The notes below the pieces were generated by a model that worked only from the letters and a program-made list of their open reading frames with translations, made no database searches and was not told where the DNA came from. From Phyllosticta citribraziliensis (Eukaryota), in the NCBI RefSeq assembly GCF_038025025.1, contig NW_027117347.1:186001-250000 (forward strand): 64,000 nt of DNA, written 5' to 3'. Each line of letters begins with the position of its first letter. Position 1 is the stretch's first letter. Of this stretch, positions 12,141 to 25,531 are shown in pieces. The translations under genes were made by a program, and so were the position numbers.

Positions 12141-15100
12141 ATGCTCACCAAGGTGCGTCTCCAATCCCCTACCACGGCCATGCTAACAATCGCAGTTCGA
12201 GTCCAAGTCCTCGAGGGCCAAGGGCATTGCCTTTCACCCCAAGCGGTACGCGCCCTGAGCGCCCAGCGCCCAGCGCCATCTTGCCAACACTAACACGACC
12301 AGGCCATGGATTCTCGTCTCCCTCCACTCGTCCACCATCCAGCTCTGGGATTACCGCATGGGCACCCTCATCGACCGCTTCGAGGAACACGACGGCCCCG
12401 TCCGCGGCATCGACTTCCACAAAACACAGCCCCTCTTCGTCTCAGGAGGAGACGACTACAAAATCAAGGTCTGGTCCTACCAGACGCGGCGATGTCTGTT
12501 TACGCTCAACGGCCACTTGGACTACGTGCGCACCGTCTTTTTCCACCACGAGCTTCCCTGGATTCTGTCGAGCTCCGACGACCAGACCATTAGGATATGG
12601 AATTGGCAAAACAGGTCTCTGAGTACGTCGCTCATCACGGATGGATGCGCGAGATGCTGACCATTTAGTCTGCACCATGACGGGCCACAACCACTACACC
12701 ATGTGCGCCCAGTTCCACCCCAAGGAGGACTTGGTCGTCTCCGCCTCGCTCGACCAGTCGGTCCGCGTCTGGGACATTTCCGGCCTGCGCAAGAAACACT
12801 CGGCCCCGACCTCCATGACCTTTGAAGACCAGATTGCGCGCGCCAATTCCAACCAGGCCGACATGTTTGGCAACACTGATGCCGTCGTCAAGTTTGTGCT
12901 CGAGGGCCATGACCGCGGCGTCAACTGGGTCGCATTCCACCCCACGCTCCCGCTGATTGTCTCGGCCGGAGACGACCGCCTCGTCAAGCTGTGGAGGATG
13001 AGCGAGACCAAGGCTTGGGAGGTGGATACTTGCCGGGGACACTTTCAGAACGTTTCGGCCTGCTTGTTCCACCCACACCAGGACTTGATCCTCTCAGTCG
13101 GCGAGGACAAGTCCATCAGGGTTTGGGATCTGAACAAGCGCGTCTCGGTGCAGTCCTTCAAGAGAGAGAGCGACCGCTTCTGGGTCATTGCGGCGCATCC
13201 CGAAATCAACCTGTTTGCGGCTGGCCACGACAATGGAGTCATGGTGTTCAAGCTCGAGCGCGAGAGGCCCGCGTCCGCAGTCTACCAGAACCAACTCTTT
13301 TACATTACCAAGGAAAAGCACGTCCGCTCCTACGACTTTACCAAGAACCTGGAGTCGCCATCGATGCTATCTCTCAAGAAGCTCGGCAGTCCATGGGTGC
13401 CTCCGCGGACCATGTCGTACAACCCGGCAGAACGTGCGATTCTCGTCACCTCGCCGGCTGACGGAGGCTGCTACGAACTCATCAGCTTGCCCCGTGACGC
13501 CAGCGGAGCTGTTGAGCCGACAGACACCAAGCGAGGAGCAGGCAACTCGGCCGTCTTCGTTGCCCGCAACAGATTTGCCGTCTTCAACCAAGCCCACCAG
13601 CAAATCGACATTAAAGATCTCTCCGGCTCCACGACCAAGACGATCAAGCCTCCTCCCGGCACCGTCGACATTTACTTTGGTGGCACCGGCTGTCTCCTTC
13701 TCATCACTCCAGCCTCCGTCGTCTTGTATGACATTCAGCAAAAGAAGCATCTCGCCGAACTGGCCGTTCCCGGCGTCAAGTACGTCATTTGGTCAAACGA
13801 CGGGCTCCACGCCGCCCTTCTGAGCAAGCACAATGTGACGATTGTCACCAAGAGCCTCGAGCAGGTCAGCACCCTGCACGAGACCATCCGCATCAAGAGT
13901 GCCACGTGGGACGACGCCGGCGTCTTGCTCTACTCGACGCTCAACCACATCAAATACACTCTGATGAATGGCGACAACGGCATTGTGCGCACGCTGGAGC
14001 ACACCGTCTACTTGGTCAAGGTCAAGGGCCGCAACGTCTACTGCCTCGACCGCGCCGCCAAGCCAAAGATTCTCCAGATTGACCCCACCGAATACCGCTT
14101 CAAGCTTGCCCTCATCAAGCGCAACTACGACGAGATGCTCAACATCATCAAGACGTCGAGTCTGGTTGGTCAAAGCATCATTGCCTACCTCCAGAAGAAG
14201 GGATACCCCGAGATTGCCCTTCAATTCGTGCAAGACCCGCAAACGCGGTTCGAGCTGGCAATCGAGTGCGGCAACCTCGATGTCGCCGTCGAGATGGCCA
14301 AGGAGCTTGACCGGCCGAAGCTGTGGAATCGTCTGACCTCCGAGGCTCTAGCACACGGCAACCACAAGGTCGTCGAAATGACATATCAAAAACTGCGCAC
14401 ATTCGACAAGCTTTCTTTCCTCTACCTCTCGACTGGTGACCGGGAGAAGCTTACGAGGATGGCAAAGATTGCAGAGCACCGGGGCGACATGACGTCGAGA
14501 TTCCAAAACGCCATCTACCTTGGTGACGTTGAGAGCAGGATTGAGATGTTTAAAGAAATTGACCAATGTAAGTTTGGAGTCGAGAGTCACGCCGCATGTC
14601 TAACACGCACAGACCCTCTTGCCTACATGCTCGCCAAGTCGAATGGCCTCGAAGACGAATGCCAATCCATCCTGGAAGCGTGCGGTCTCACAGAGGAAGA
14701 GATCCAACTCCCCCAAATTGGCGAAACCCTGTCACCACCCAAGCCCATCGTCCCTACTTACAACGCCAATTGGCCCGCCAAGAGCTCTGGCGTGTCAGTG
14801 TTTGAAAAGGCACTGATGGGCGAGGAAATCGACCCCGACGAGCTGCCTCCGGCGACCAATGGCTACGAGGAAGATGTCCAACCAGAGGCTGACATTGCCG
14901 GCAATGGCATAATCGACGACGGCGAGGAGGACGAAGATGCTGCCGGCTGGGACATGGGCGGCGACGAGGACATTGAGGCCGAAGACGACTTTGTCAACGT
15001 CGAGACTGCAGACGTGGGCGCTGGCGTCAGCGAGGCAGACATTTGGACGAGAAATTCACCCGTGGCGGCGGATCACGTTGCTGGCGGGTCGTTTGAAAGC

Positions 15101-15976
15101 GCCATGGCGCTGCTCAACCGCCAGGTCGGCGCAGTCAACTTCCAGCCACTCGAGTGGAGATTCCAAGAGATCTTCCAGGCATCAAAAACGTTCCTCCCGG
15201 CAAGCGTTGGCCTCCCGCCGCTGGTCAACTACGTGCGCCGGACGGTCGACGAGACGGACACGCGCAAGGTGTTGCCGCTGATTCCGCGCGATCTCGAGTC
15301 GATCACGGCCCACGAGCTGGCAGCAGGCAAGACGGCCATGCGCACCAACAAGCTCGACGAGGGCATCGCCGTGTTCAAGAAGATTCTGCACCTGATGCTG
15401 CTCAACGCCGTCACCACGCAAGCCGAGGTAGCCGAGGCCAAGAAGCTCATCTCGACGGCGGCGCAGTACGCGCTAGCGATGAGCATCGAGCTGGAGCGGC
15501 GCGCGCTGACGAACAACGGCCAAGACATCTCGGGGCTGGACGACGAGACCAAGAAGCGGGCGCTGGAGCTGTCGGCGTACTTTACGGTGCCGGACCTGGA
15601 GCGGGCGCACAAGGCGCTGGCGCTCTTCGCGGCCATGAACTTTGCGCACAAGAACAAGCAGGCGTCGTCGGCGCTGTCGTTTGCCAACGCGCTGCTGGAC
15701 CGCGGATCCACCAATGCAAAGTTCAAGGAGTCGGCGCGCCGCGTCAAGACCGTCTCGGAGCGCAACCCGGCCGACGCCGTCGAGATTGACTTTGACACGT
15801 TCGCCGACTTTGACGTCTGCGCGTCGAGCTTCACCCCCATCTACGCGGGCGTCGCGGCGGCCGCGTGCGGCTTTTGCAACGTCAAGTACCACAGCCGCTT
15901 CAAGGGGACGGTGTGCAAGGTGTGCGACGTGTGCCAGGTGGGCGCGTCGGCGAGCGGGCTGCGGTTGTGCTTGTAA
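12141..15976 (+). CDS. COP1: Coatomer subunit alpha (alpha-COP)
   Basis: [56 protein letters not shown]..., WD40 repeats, C-terminal CKVCDVC. Introns 12153-12194, 12246-12302, 12623-12668 and 14568-14612. Confidence 0.98.
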
Positions 15977-18225
15977 TGCGGTGGCAGCAGTGAGTCAATG
16001 GGGTCAAGGAGTGGCATGAATAAAAGTAGGCGAGCATCACTGGTCTCGCAGCGGTATCCGGGGTCTGGTAGTTGCAGCGAGGCGAACAGAGGCAGCACAA
16101 TGATATAGTATGGTATGGTACGATACGATGTCGATTCATCCCTGGGCGCACGTTTCCTTTCCGTTCATTCCCTCGTTCTACCGTCGCGCCATTGATTCGC
16201 TGCGTGAGGTGCTGAGGTGGCTCCGCGCTGCGCTCCAAGGTATGTTTGCTGCGGGCGGTAGCCGGCACGAGCCGGCCGGCGAGACTGGACACCCAATGTC
16301 GAACACGGGGGACGTGGGGGACGCGGGGATGGGTGAGGGTCTAAACGTGTGTTTTGTGGTGCGGGCAATAGAGAGGAATAGAGAGCGAAAGAGAGAGATG
16401 ATTAGTTTACCCATCAATGGCTGCCAGGGTATGTGTGTGGCTGTCTTTTTTCGTTTCTGGCTGGGGGTGGGTTCGGTTTGCCGGAGAGATGGATGGATAG
16501 ATGGATCGTGATGCTGTGGTGGTAGTAGGAGCAGCAGCGCCCCGAAACACTCCGATGACGATTGGTCATACAGCCGTGTTGTCCACGATACCTACCTACC
16601 TACTTGCTCACCCACATTGTCGGAGAGCAGTAGTCCAGACCCCGCGTCCTGACAAAAGACGATGACGAACGGAACCGGAACGGCGACAGGGGCAGGGGCA
16701 AGGGCAGGGCAGGGCAGGGCAGAGGAGAGACATGCTTAAATGCGCTGGCTGGCTTGCTTGCTTGCTTGCTGTCAGCTCCGGGACGCGGCCGAGAAAGCTT
16801 CGAAGCTTCTATTTGAAAGCACGCAAGCAAGCATCCAAGCGGAAGCATGTCGACAGTACGAAGAAGCGTCCAGTCGCGTCGTCGCGTCTGATGGGGTCCG
16901 TCGGTGGCGTTTGGTTCTGGGTTTTACCTTTCCTTTCTTCTGTCGCTAGCCGTATGGGGATGACGCAATGTTTGGGGATGGATGGACTGATGGACGGCCG
17001 GGCTGGGCTGGGCGAGCTGCCCTGGGTTAGGTTGGTGGGTTCAGTTGGCTCAACGGCGTCATGAGCGGCAGGCCATGGCATGGCATTCCTGAGCGTGGCC
17101 ACGAAAAAAGGGGACGAGGCAAGGGACTGGAGGATGGATATAGGTATACAGGTACAAAGACTGTAGGCAGCCCTATGACACAGCGCAGCAGGACAGGCCC
17201 ATCATTCGCCGTGGTGCCTTGGTGGTGCGCGCGGCCTTGGACCCGTGGGCGACGGCGGCGACTAGTGCGGTAGGTTGCGCGTGTCGAGGTCGACCAGGAC
17301 AGGACAGGACAGGACAGGACAGCACGGGCGGCATCGGATGGATGGTGTGGTGGATTGCTGACGACTTCATTTGCTTCACTGCAGTCTCCGTTTCATTTTC
17401 GTCGTGTGCTGCAGGCCCGATAGCGGCAGCCAGTGCAGCCAGCGAGAGAGGCGCTTCGGCGGCACGGATGCAAGGGGGCGGCCAGCTTGCTTGCTTTGCT
17501 GTAGGTTCCTTGAGTGAGACTGTAGCTGAGTCCCTTGCCAACGGTCGATGAGTGCGAGTGCGGGGTAGACGTCGAAGCCAGCAGAGGTGGTGATGGTGTT
17601 GAGCAGGCAGGGTTGAGGGTGGTTGATGTTTGGTGGTGTTTTGCGGTTTCGGGGCCGCAGACGCCATCGGGCCGCCGTAAGAGCCTTATCGTCACGTCAT
17701 GATTGTCGCCCTCAAGGTCCTGCACTGGTGGTCGCTCATGGATGGCCCGGGGTAGCTAGCTATATGCTTCATACCACCACCTGTTCAACTGGACCGACTC
17801 CTGCTGAGCTGATACTCGTCCTCATCTCAACACTTCTTCTTCTCTCCCTCGCGCTCCTTGCTCTCACACCAAACCAAATCCTGCTGCTCTCTTCCCGCCT
17901 CTAGCGCCCGCAACCCTGTTGTCTCCCTCCACTCCACGCCGACTACGTGACACTCGGTCACCAGATACAACCACCACTCCTACAGGCCGTCGTCCCTGAT
18001 TCTCCAGTCGCTCATCAACACCCCATTTCCATCCTATCCCATCGTCTTGTCGCGTCAGCCTAACCCTCAGCCTTACTCATCTGCTGTTGCTCATATCCCG
18101 ACCCGGCGACCTCGCGCTTTATTGCCCGCAATTACCACCGACGACGCCTTATACCTCGACTCTCTCGCAGCCACTCGTGAACCATCTCCCTCCAGCTCCT
18201 CACATCTGGTCCGCCCCGTTGCGTC

Positions 18226-20220
18226 ATGGCCTTTCAGCAGCCACGGCGCCCGCCTGTCGCGCGCCCGCTGTCTTACACCTCGCCCCCGCCGCAAGACCTC
18301 GCCGAGTCGTCGCAACAGCAGACGTCGCCTCAGCGCAAGCGCTCGCTCGACGAGTCCGAAGAATGGGTCCTCTTCAGCCCGTCGGCCGCGGGCTCCACCA
18401 CCGGCCGCACCCACACCACCTCGACCGAGCGGACGCCACGCACCGCGGGCCTGTCCCGCCTGAGCGACTTTGGCTCACTCGACACGGCTGCGAGGTCGGA
18501 GCAGCTCGACGACGACCTCGACGAACATGTCGCCGCCGACGACGTGACCTGCCAGGGCACCGACCCGTCGGATGACGCCGAGGCCGAGCTGGACAGCCTG
18601 GATGACGGCCTGCATGCGTTTCACGAGCCCTCGCAGCAGCTGGGCGAGAGCAGTCAGACCGTCTTCCCCACGCATGACGGCTTTGGCACGTTTCCGGGCA
18701 GCAGCGCCGCGGTGCAGGAGCAGATGATGCAGTTTGAAAGGTACAACGTGTCTAGAAAGGCCAAGCAGCCGCGGCGAAGATCAAGCGTGCAGCGCAGATT
18801 GGACGCGTTGGAAGACGCCGAGGGCCTCGAGCAGGATGAGAGGCGACAGCGCATAGAAAGATGGCGTCTGGAGCAGAGCCGCGCCTTGCTGGAGGAAATC
18901 GAGCGCGAGACGCGACGGCGCAGACGCATGAGTCGAGCCAGCTTGGCCAAGTCGGTGGCTGCCGCGAGCACGGCGGGAGAGAGCAGTAGAGCTTCTGCAG
19001 CAAACACGCACCAGAACCCGGCCGAGGACGCGTCGTTCTGGCGGCGCTTCACCAAAAAGGTCATCCGCGACCTCATGGGGATCGACGAGAACCTCCTCTC
19101 CGTCATCTTCGGCGAGTCATTACCGGCCGAGGCGGCCACGTCGGGCTCGTCTTCGTCTGCGTCTGCCGAGAGAGACGTGACGGCGTCGAGCGAGGTTCGC
19201 GATGCTCCAGACATGGCGTTGGGGAGGCACGAGACGTGGGAGCACCGCCTGCTCGACCGCATCGCGCGCGAGCTTGGCATCCTGGTCCACCAGCTGTCCG
19301 AACACCCGGGCGCCTTCAGCACCTATCTGCGGACACAGGAACCGCTGGCCTACGCTGGCATGTCTCCCCAGATGGGCCCTCAAACAGCGCGCCGGCCCAG
19401 CAACGTCTCTACTGCCGCCGAATCATCAGCCACGTCTACCCAAACGCAGTCCACTCCCAACATCCAGTTCCAGCCGACGCTGCCGCCGCAGACGACGACC
19501 TACAGCGAAGCCTCGCTCTGGGGCATCGAAGAAGAGCCCGAGCCGCCGTTCGCCTACATCTCGTCGTCTGCCGCGGCAGCCAACGCCGCTCAGCGCGACC
19601 GCGACTACTGGGAGCGCGACCTCGACGTCAAGATGGTCTTCAACTTCCTCAAAGACCGCTTCTCGTCGCGGCCGCCGTCGCCCGTCAATGACGGCGGCGC
19701 CAGCGATACCGACGACCACGCAGGGCCGGTCCACCCTTTAGGCGGACGCAGTGGCGGCAGTCGCCCTAGACGCCCTTCTTCCTCGTCGCCCGCGTACAGA
19801 CGCGACTCGCTGTTTCGCGACCACCAGATCCAGCACCGCGCGGCGCTGATCCGGCATCACCACCCGCTCGTCTCGCGGAACCTGCACCAACACTACGCTT
19901 CTCCGGCATCCAACAACGCCGCCAACACCACCACCAGCAACAACAACACAACAACCATCACCGTCCCCATCCCCTCCCCCTCCGCCGCCGACGCCCCTTC
20001 CCCCACGTCTGCGACCCCGGCCCCCATGTCCCGCAAGAACCTGCGCCGCTTCGACAACGCGGCCAGCGGGCGGCGCAGCAGCTGCGCGTCCCAGAGCACG
20101 CGCCGCAGCCGCAAGAGCGGCAGCAGTCGCAATTATTGGGATTTGGGCGGCAGTGTGGGCAGTGCGGCGGGGCCGGCGGGCGGAGGCGTTGTGGCGGGCG
20201 TCACCATGGGGGAGGTTTAG
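18226..20220 (+). CDS. Hypothetical fungal protein, largely disordered
   Basis: 664-aa single ORF with strong codon bias and ordered-looking islands (ERWRLEQSRALLEEIE, FWRRFTKKVIRDLMGIDE, YWERDLDVKMVFNFL). Confidence 0.8.
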   Translation: MAFQQPRRPPVARPLSYTSPPPQDLAESSQQQTSPQRKRSLDESEEWVLFSPSAAGSTTGRTHTTSTERTPRTAGLSRLSDFGSLDTAARSEQLDDDLDEHVAADDVTCQGTDPSDDAEAELDSLDDGLHAFHEPSQQLGESSQTVFPTHDGFGTFPGSSAAVQEQMMQFERYNVSRKAKQPRRRSSVQRRLDALEDAEGLEQDERRQRIERWRLEQSRALLEEIERETRRRRRMSRASLAKSVAAASTAGESSRASAANTHQNPAEDASFWRRFTKKVIRDLMGIDENLLSVIFGESLPAEAATSGSSSSASAERDVTASSEVRDAPDMALGRHETWEHRLLDRIARELGILVHQLSEHPGAFSTYLRTQEPLAYAGMSPQMGPQTARRPSNVSTAAESSATSTQTQSTPNIQFQPTLPPQTTTYSEASLWGIEEEPEPPFAYISSSAAAANAAQRDRDYWERDLDVKMVFNFLKDRFSSRPPSPVNDGGASDTDDHAGPVHPLGGRSGGSRPRRPSSSSPAYRRDSLFRDHQIQHRAALIRHHHPLVSRNLHQHYASPASNNAANTTTSNNNTTTITVPIPSPSAADAPSPTSATPAPMSRKNLRRFDNAASGRRSSCASQSTRRSRKSGSSRNYWDLGGSVGSAAGPAGGGVVAGVTMGEV

Positions 20221-20340
20221 GGGGGGTTGAGGTGTGGTTGGAGGAAGAGGAGGGTGGAGATGCTTTTTTGATGAACGAGTGGATGGTTTGATATGCATGT
20301 ATGCATCGCGCACGGCGCATAGATGGACGGACGTTACGGG

Positions 20341-20492
20341 TTTTTTTTTTTTCTCTCTTATTTTCTTCTTCTCAGCGTAGTAGCGTCGTCGCTCAGTTCT
20401 TGTTCTTCTCTTCTCTTTTGTTCTCTTTCTTCTCTGCTGTCTAGAGGGTATCCCTTTCCTTTCCTTTTCTCTTCTCTTCCCCCTCTCTTCCC
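20341..20492. repeat. Pyrimidine-rich low-complexity tract
   Basis: Poly-T followed by TTCTC/TTC-rich sequence. Confidence 0.7.
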
Positions 20493-20931
20493 TTAATATA
20501 TCAACGTCTACATCATATACCCGCCTATCTACATCCCTATCTATCTACCATCCTCTTCTTACTTAATCAACACACTTGACTCATGTGGTGTCACCTCGTC
20601 GCTGATATTGACTGACTGTTGCTGCTGATTACTGCCGTTGCAAGTGTCTGGGACGAGCCGTATAGGTACCGTAGCTGCGAGACCTTAGACCACGCAGTCA
20701 GCAAACTACCTACCAACTGGGCAGGCAGCAGGGAGGGAGCATTCATGCCGTTCTGTACTGCTGCTGCTGTTCAAGCACGGCCAGGCAAGGCAGGGCTGGC
20801 AGGGCGAGCAAGCTGGCTTGTGTGTGGCGGCCGCTGGAGTGCGTGTCTGTCGTGGCTTGTCATGGCTTTTCATGGCTTGTGGTGCGAGGAGGGCAGGGCA
20901 GGCAGGTAGGCTGGGAGAGAAATGGAGGGAT

Positions 20932-21381
20932 GAGAAGGGAGGAAGAGAATAGGAGAAAAGAGAAGAGAAGAGAAGAGGAAGAGAAGTAGAAGAGAAGAGG
21001 AAGAGAAGAGAAAAGGAAGAGAAGAGGAAGAGAAGAGAAAAGGAAGAGAAGAGGAAGAGAAGAGGAAGAGAAGAGGAAGAGAAGAGGAAAAGAAGAGGAA
21101 GAGAAGAGGAAGAGAAGAGGAAGAGAAAAGGAAAAGAAAAGAAAAAGAAGAGAAAGAGAAAAGAAAAAGAAGAGAAGAGGAAGAGAAAAGAAAAAAAAGA
21201 GAAAAAGAAGAAAAAAGGAAGAGAAGAAAAAAAGAAGAGAAGAAAAAAAGAAGAGAAGAGAAAGAGAAGAGGAAGAGAAGAAGAAGAGAAGAGAAAAAGA
21301 AGAGGAAGAGAAGAGGAAAAGAAGAGAATAAAAGAAAAAGAAGAAAAGAGAAGAGAAGAGAAAAGGAAGAGGGAGAGAAGG
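20932..21381. repeat. 450-nt polypurine tract, degenerate (GAAGAGAAGAG)n
   Basis: Only A and G except three T (20950, 20987, 21329). An 11-nt period is visible at about 21040-21125. Confidence 0.95.
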
Positions 21382-22092
21382 TATGGCTGCCTGCTCGACG
21401 CACCTCTTCCGTTCCTTTACTTGAGTTGAGGTGCTTGCAGAAATCGTCATGGCTCCATAGGCCTGGTTGATGTTCTGGTCTGGTTCCGCTGTTGGCTCTG
21501 ATACTTCTTGAGGATCCAGTGCTACAGACGACGCTTTCTGACGAGTATCGCTGCTTCCTTTGACTGGCCTCCCTGATGGCGTTTGTTTACTTCACGTCGT
21601 TTTCAGGTGTTGAGATGGGGTGCAGACAAGACAGTCACCCACACGCAGAGCCTCGGCCGAGCAGCATCGACTCAACGGATGTCGGCCAGACCTACCGAAT
21701 CAACAGCAAAAGGCTTTTGAGGTGGACGGAACCGTCTCAAATTCGATACAGTCCATCTGGACTCGCCACAACTTTTCCAAAAGCTCTTGCGTTCCTCGGT
21801 CCAGCGTGGCCCACGTGTGCTCCAGGATCCGGCTGTTTCCCCGCAACCTCCACTCGCGAGACGAGCCCGAAGGGGAAGGTATCGGGTCAGCGACATCTTG
21901 TACCACGCAGAGACGCGCAAGAAAAATGGGGGGTTTTAGAGCTGCCTCGTCGCCTTGTTCGTGTCCTGCTCTTACCTTTGCACCTGGTGAGATAGGGTTT
22001 GTCTTGCACAAGCGGTCGATATGCCTTTGCGAAGCGATTGGAGGCTCCAGCGAGAAGGCGAGTATCCCTGTTGCTTGTCGAGTACCTGCGTG

Positions 22093-23225
22093 ATGGCTGA
22101 CAGGAGACGCCCAGGCCTCACGGTCGAGTATTTGGGGCGTCTGCTTGCGCGGACGGCTTTCAACCCCGTGCTGACGCTTCCACTCGTACTGCTCGCGCGC
22201 TTCACGGCGCAAGGCCGCACGCTCTCGGGGAGCTATGCCAGGCAGCTCAAGACCATCAAAGCGCTGCTGTACTTGGGCTTGGCCCACCACATCAGCAACT
22301 GGCTGAGCAAGGGCGTCGCCAACAATTGGACCAAGGATGTGTACGACTGGAACAAGGAGATTGTCGTCGTGACGGGAGGCAGCGACGGCATTGGAAAGCA
22401 CATTGTTTTGTTCCTCGCGGAGTGCGGGATCAAGGTCGCCGTGCTTGACATCCAGCCCATGACTTATGCGCGTGCGTCCTGGCTTTGTTTGCGTTTCGAA
22501 CCGCAACGACTGACGTGCCGGCAGCGCCTCCGTCCGTCAAGTACTACAACTGCGACCTCGCATCGGCCGCCTCCATCAGCGACGCCGTCAACGCCGTTCG
22601 CGCCGACTTTGGACACCCTACTGTCTTGATCAACAATGCCGGCATCTGCTACGGCGAGCCCATGCTCTCGGCGCCGCTCGCCCACGTCCGCAAGACGTTC
22701 GAGGTCAACGTGTACGCCCATCACCAGCTGGCCGCTCACCTCGTGCCGTCCATGGTAGCCGCCAACCACGGCATGATAGTGACCGTCGCGAGTCAAGCAG
22801 CGTGGGTGGCGGCGCCGCGCATGGCCGACTACGCAGCCTCCAAGGCGGCAGCGCTGGCCATGCACGAGGCGCTGGCGGCCGAGCTGGCAACCATCTACGA
22901 CGCGCCCAAGGTGCGCACCGTCGCCGTCTGCCCGAATGCCACCAAGACGCCGCTGTTTGAGGGCTTCCAGATGTACAACAACGCGTTCCTGTACAAGCTG
23001 GAGCCCGAGACCATGGCCGAGACTGTGGTCAAGGCGGTGCTCAGGGGGGAGAGCGCGATGGTGGCGCTGCCCGTTACTGGGTTTTATCTGTTTGCTGGCG
23101 CGCGGGGGATGCCGCTGTGGTATCAGAGCGGGCTGAGGAAGAAGTTTAAAGATGTCCTGACGACGTGGACTGGGCGACTGGTAGAGCAAAGAGAGGGAGA
23201 TGTCGAAGACGTAAAGGAGGAATAG
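22093..23225 (+). CDS. Short-chain dehydrogenase/reductase (retinol/17beta-HSD-like, membrane-anchored)
   Basis: VVVTGGSDGIG Rossmann motif, LINNAG, catalytic YAASK (YxxxK). Intron 22472-22524. Confidence 0.92.
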
Positions 23226-23557
23226 AATGGCGACTGTGGCCCTGTTTCTCCGAGTTTGTCCTCCTGTATGTGGTGCTCGTATTTCCGTGGATCGTGTTTG
23301 TTTTGGGGCCTGGTGGGTCGTGTATTCCGAGAACGTGCATGTTCCCTGGGTCACTTTGATGCCTGGGAATGCGAAATATCAATGGGACGCGTGGTGTGGA
23401 GTGGATGAGCAGAGGTCGGAGGCGACGCTCAAGCCACCCCCGCGCTCGGTGGGCTGTGCGTGGCGTTACGTAGCTGCTGCCTCTCAGGTTTCCATTTCCA
23501 TTTCAACAACATCAATTCCGCTGTCCTCTCCCACTCCAGAAACACAATTTGTCCATC

Positions 23558-25531
23558 ATGTCCATCTCTCCCGGTACTTCTCCCCTCCCATTGACCCGAC
23601 AATGCTGACCTGACAGCTGCCGTCTGGGCCGCCGCCCCCTCGACCACCCGCGGTCAAGCTACCCCTCTATCCTCCGACTCCAAGGGAGAGCGCATCGCAT
23701 ACGCCGTATGATTCTCTGACGTCGATTCCGAATCCTGGCTTACCTCCGTAGTCTGGCAAATCCATCTTTGTCCGCAACATCGACGATCCCTCCGTCAGCA
23801 GGCAGTACACAAACCACCAAGCACCAACAACTGTCGCACGCTTCTCGCCGTCTGGCTTCTACGTCGCCAGTGGTGATGCCACCGGCTCGGTCAAGGTCTG
23901 GGACTGCGTAGGAGAAGGCGCCACAAAGGGTTGGACTCACCTGGAGAATATCAGAGCCTCGCTGATAGCTTGCTTGCTTAGGAGACTACCACATCATTGC
24001 GGGCCGGATCAATGACTTGGCCTGGGACGGCGACTCGCAGCGCATCATCGCCGTCGGCGACGGCAAGGAGCGCTTCGGCCACTGCATAACCTGGGACAGC
24101 GGCAACAGCGTCGGGGAGATTTCAGGCCACTCGTCGCAAATCAACTGCGTTGCCATTCGCCAGCAGCGACCCCTTCGCGCTGCCACCGGAAGCGATGACA
24201 CCAGCATGGTCTTCTATCATGGCGCCCCTTTCAAGTTCAACACCAGCTCCCGCGGCCAACACGACAGGTTCGTCTTCGGCACCGCCTTCAGCCCCGACGG
24301 AACGTACCTCGTCACAGTGGGAGCCGACAAGAGGATCTGGCTTTATGATGGCAAGACTGGCGAGGCCAAAAAGTCGATTGGCGAGGGCGTGCATACCGGA
24401 AGCATCTTCGGTGTCTCTTGGTCCAGCGATTCCAAGAGGTTTGTCACGGCCAGCGCCGACCAGACTGTGCGCATTTGGGAGGCCGAGTCTGGGGAAAACG
24501 TCCACACCTGGAGGTTGGGCGAAGAGGGTGTCGTCAACATCAGTGACCAGCAAGTCGGTGTCACATGGCCTGCTGGACGCAGCGACGGCCTGATCATCAC
24601 CGTCGACCTGGGCGGCAACCTCAACTATCTCGTGGAGAGCAGCGAGAAGCCCATCAAGGTCCTGCCCGGCCACTCAAAGAACATCACCTCCGCAGGCATC
24701 AGCGGGGACAAGTTCTTCACTGGAAGCTACGACGGCAGCATTCGGGAGTGGGATGTCAAAACTGGTGTTGCTGACCATGTGGATGGCGAGACGCACACCA
24801 ACTACGTCGCTGGCTTTAGAGAATCCACCGCAGGCTCCGAGCCCAGGATGTACAGTGTGGGGTGGGACGACACTCTGCGCACAATCTCCGTCAACGCCAA
24901 GGCCTTTGTTGGTTCGAAACTGGAGCTTGGCTTCCAACCCAAAGGCGTTGCAACGAGCGGGAACAGCGTGCTGGTTGCATCTCCCACTTCTGTCGTCATT
25001 TACGAGGAGGGCAAGGAAGTCGGCTCGCGCCCCATGCCGCACCCGCCAACCGCCATCGCGGCCCACGAGAACCTCGTCGCCGTAGGAAGCGAGGACAACG
25101 TCGTCCGCCTTTTCGAGTTTGCCGGCACCAACCTGAAAGACCTCGGCATCGAGCTGTCCAACTCGACGACGGCCATCTCGACCCTCTCCTTCTCGCCCAA
25201 GGGAACCTTCCTCGCCGCCGGCAACACGGGAGGCAAGATCCAGGTCTACTCGGGCAAGACGGGCGAGTGGAGTCTGATCACGGACCGCTGGAGCACGCAC
25301 ACGGCACGCATCACCGCCGTCGCGTGGAATGACGGCGAGGAGTTTGCCGCCAGCGGCAGCCTGGACACGAATGTCTACGTGTGGAGCGTGGCGAACCCGG
25401 GCAAGCGGGTCAAGACGCTGAACGCGCACAAGGACGGCGTCAATGGCGTTGCGTGGGTTGGCAAGGACACGGTGCTGACGACGGGCGGTGATGCGACGGT
25501 CAAGGTTTGGAAGACGGAGCGCCTCGTGTAG
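23558..25531 (+). CDS. AIP1: Actin-interacting protein 1 (WD40, WDR1)
   Basis: MSISP|AAVWAAAPSTTRGQ...ERIAYA|SGKSIF...LAWDGDSQRIIAVGDGKERFG...TGSDD...YHGAPFKF. Introns 23574-23616, 23706-23751 and 23930-23981. Confidence 0.93.

Noticed and set aside
16000..18200. Short ORFs and (GCAGG)n/(CAGGA)n microsatellites between COP1 and the next gene
   Set aside because: Ordinary intergenic simple repeats, common throughout this window.
20860..21450. Phe/Ser/Leu-rich minus-strand ORFs
   Set aside because: Translations of the polypurine tract, which lacks stop codons by composition.
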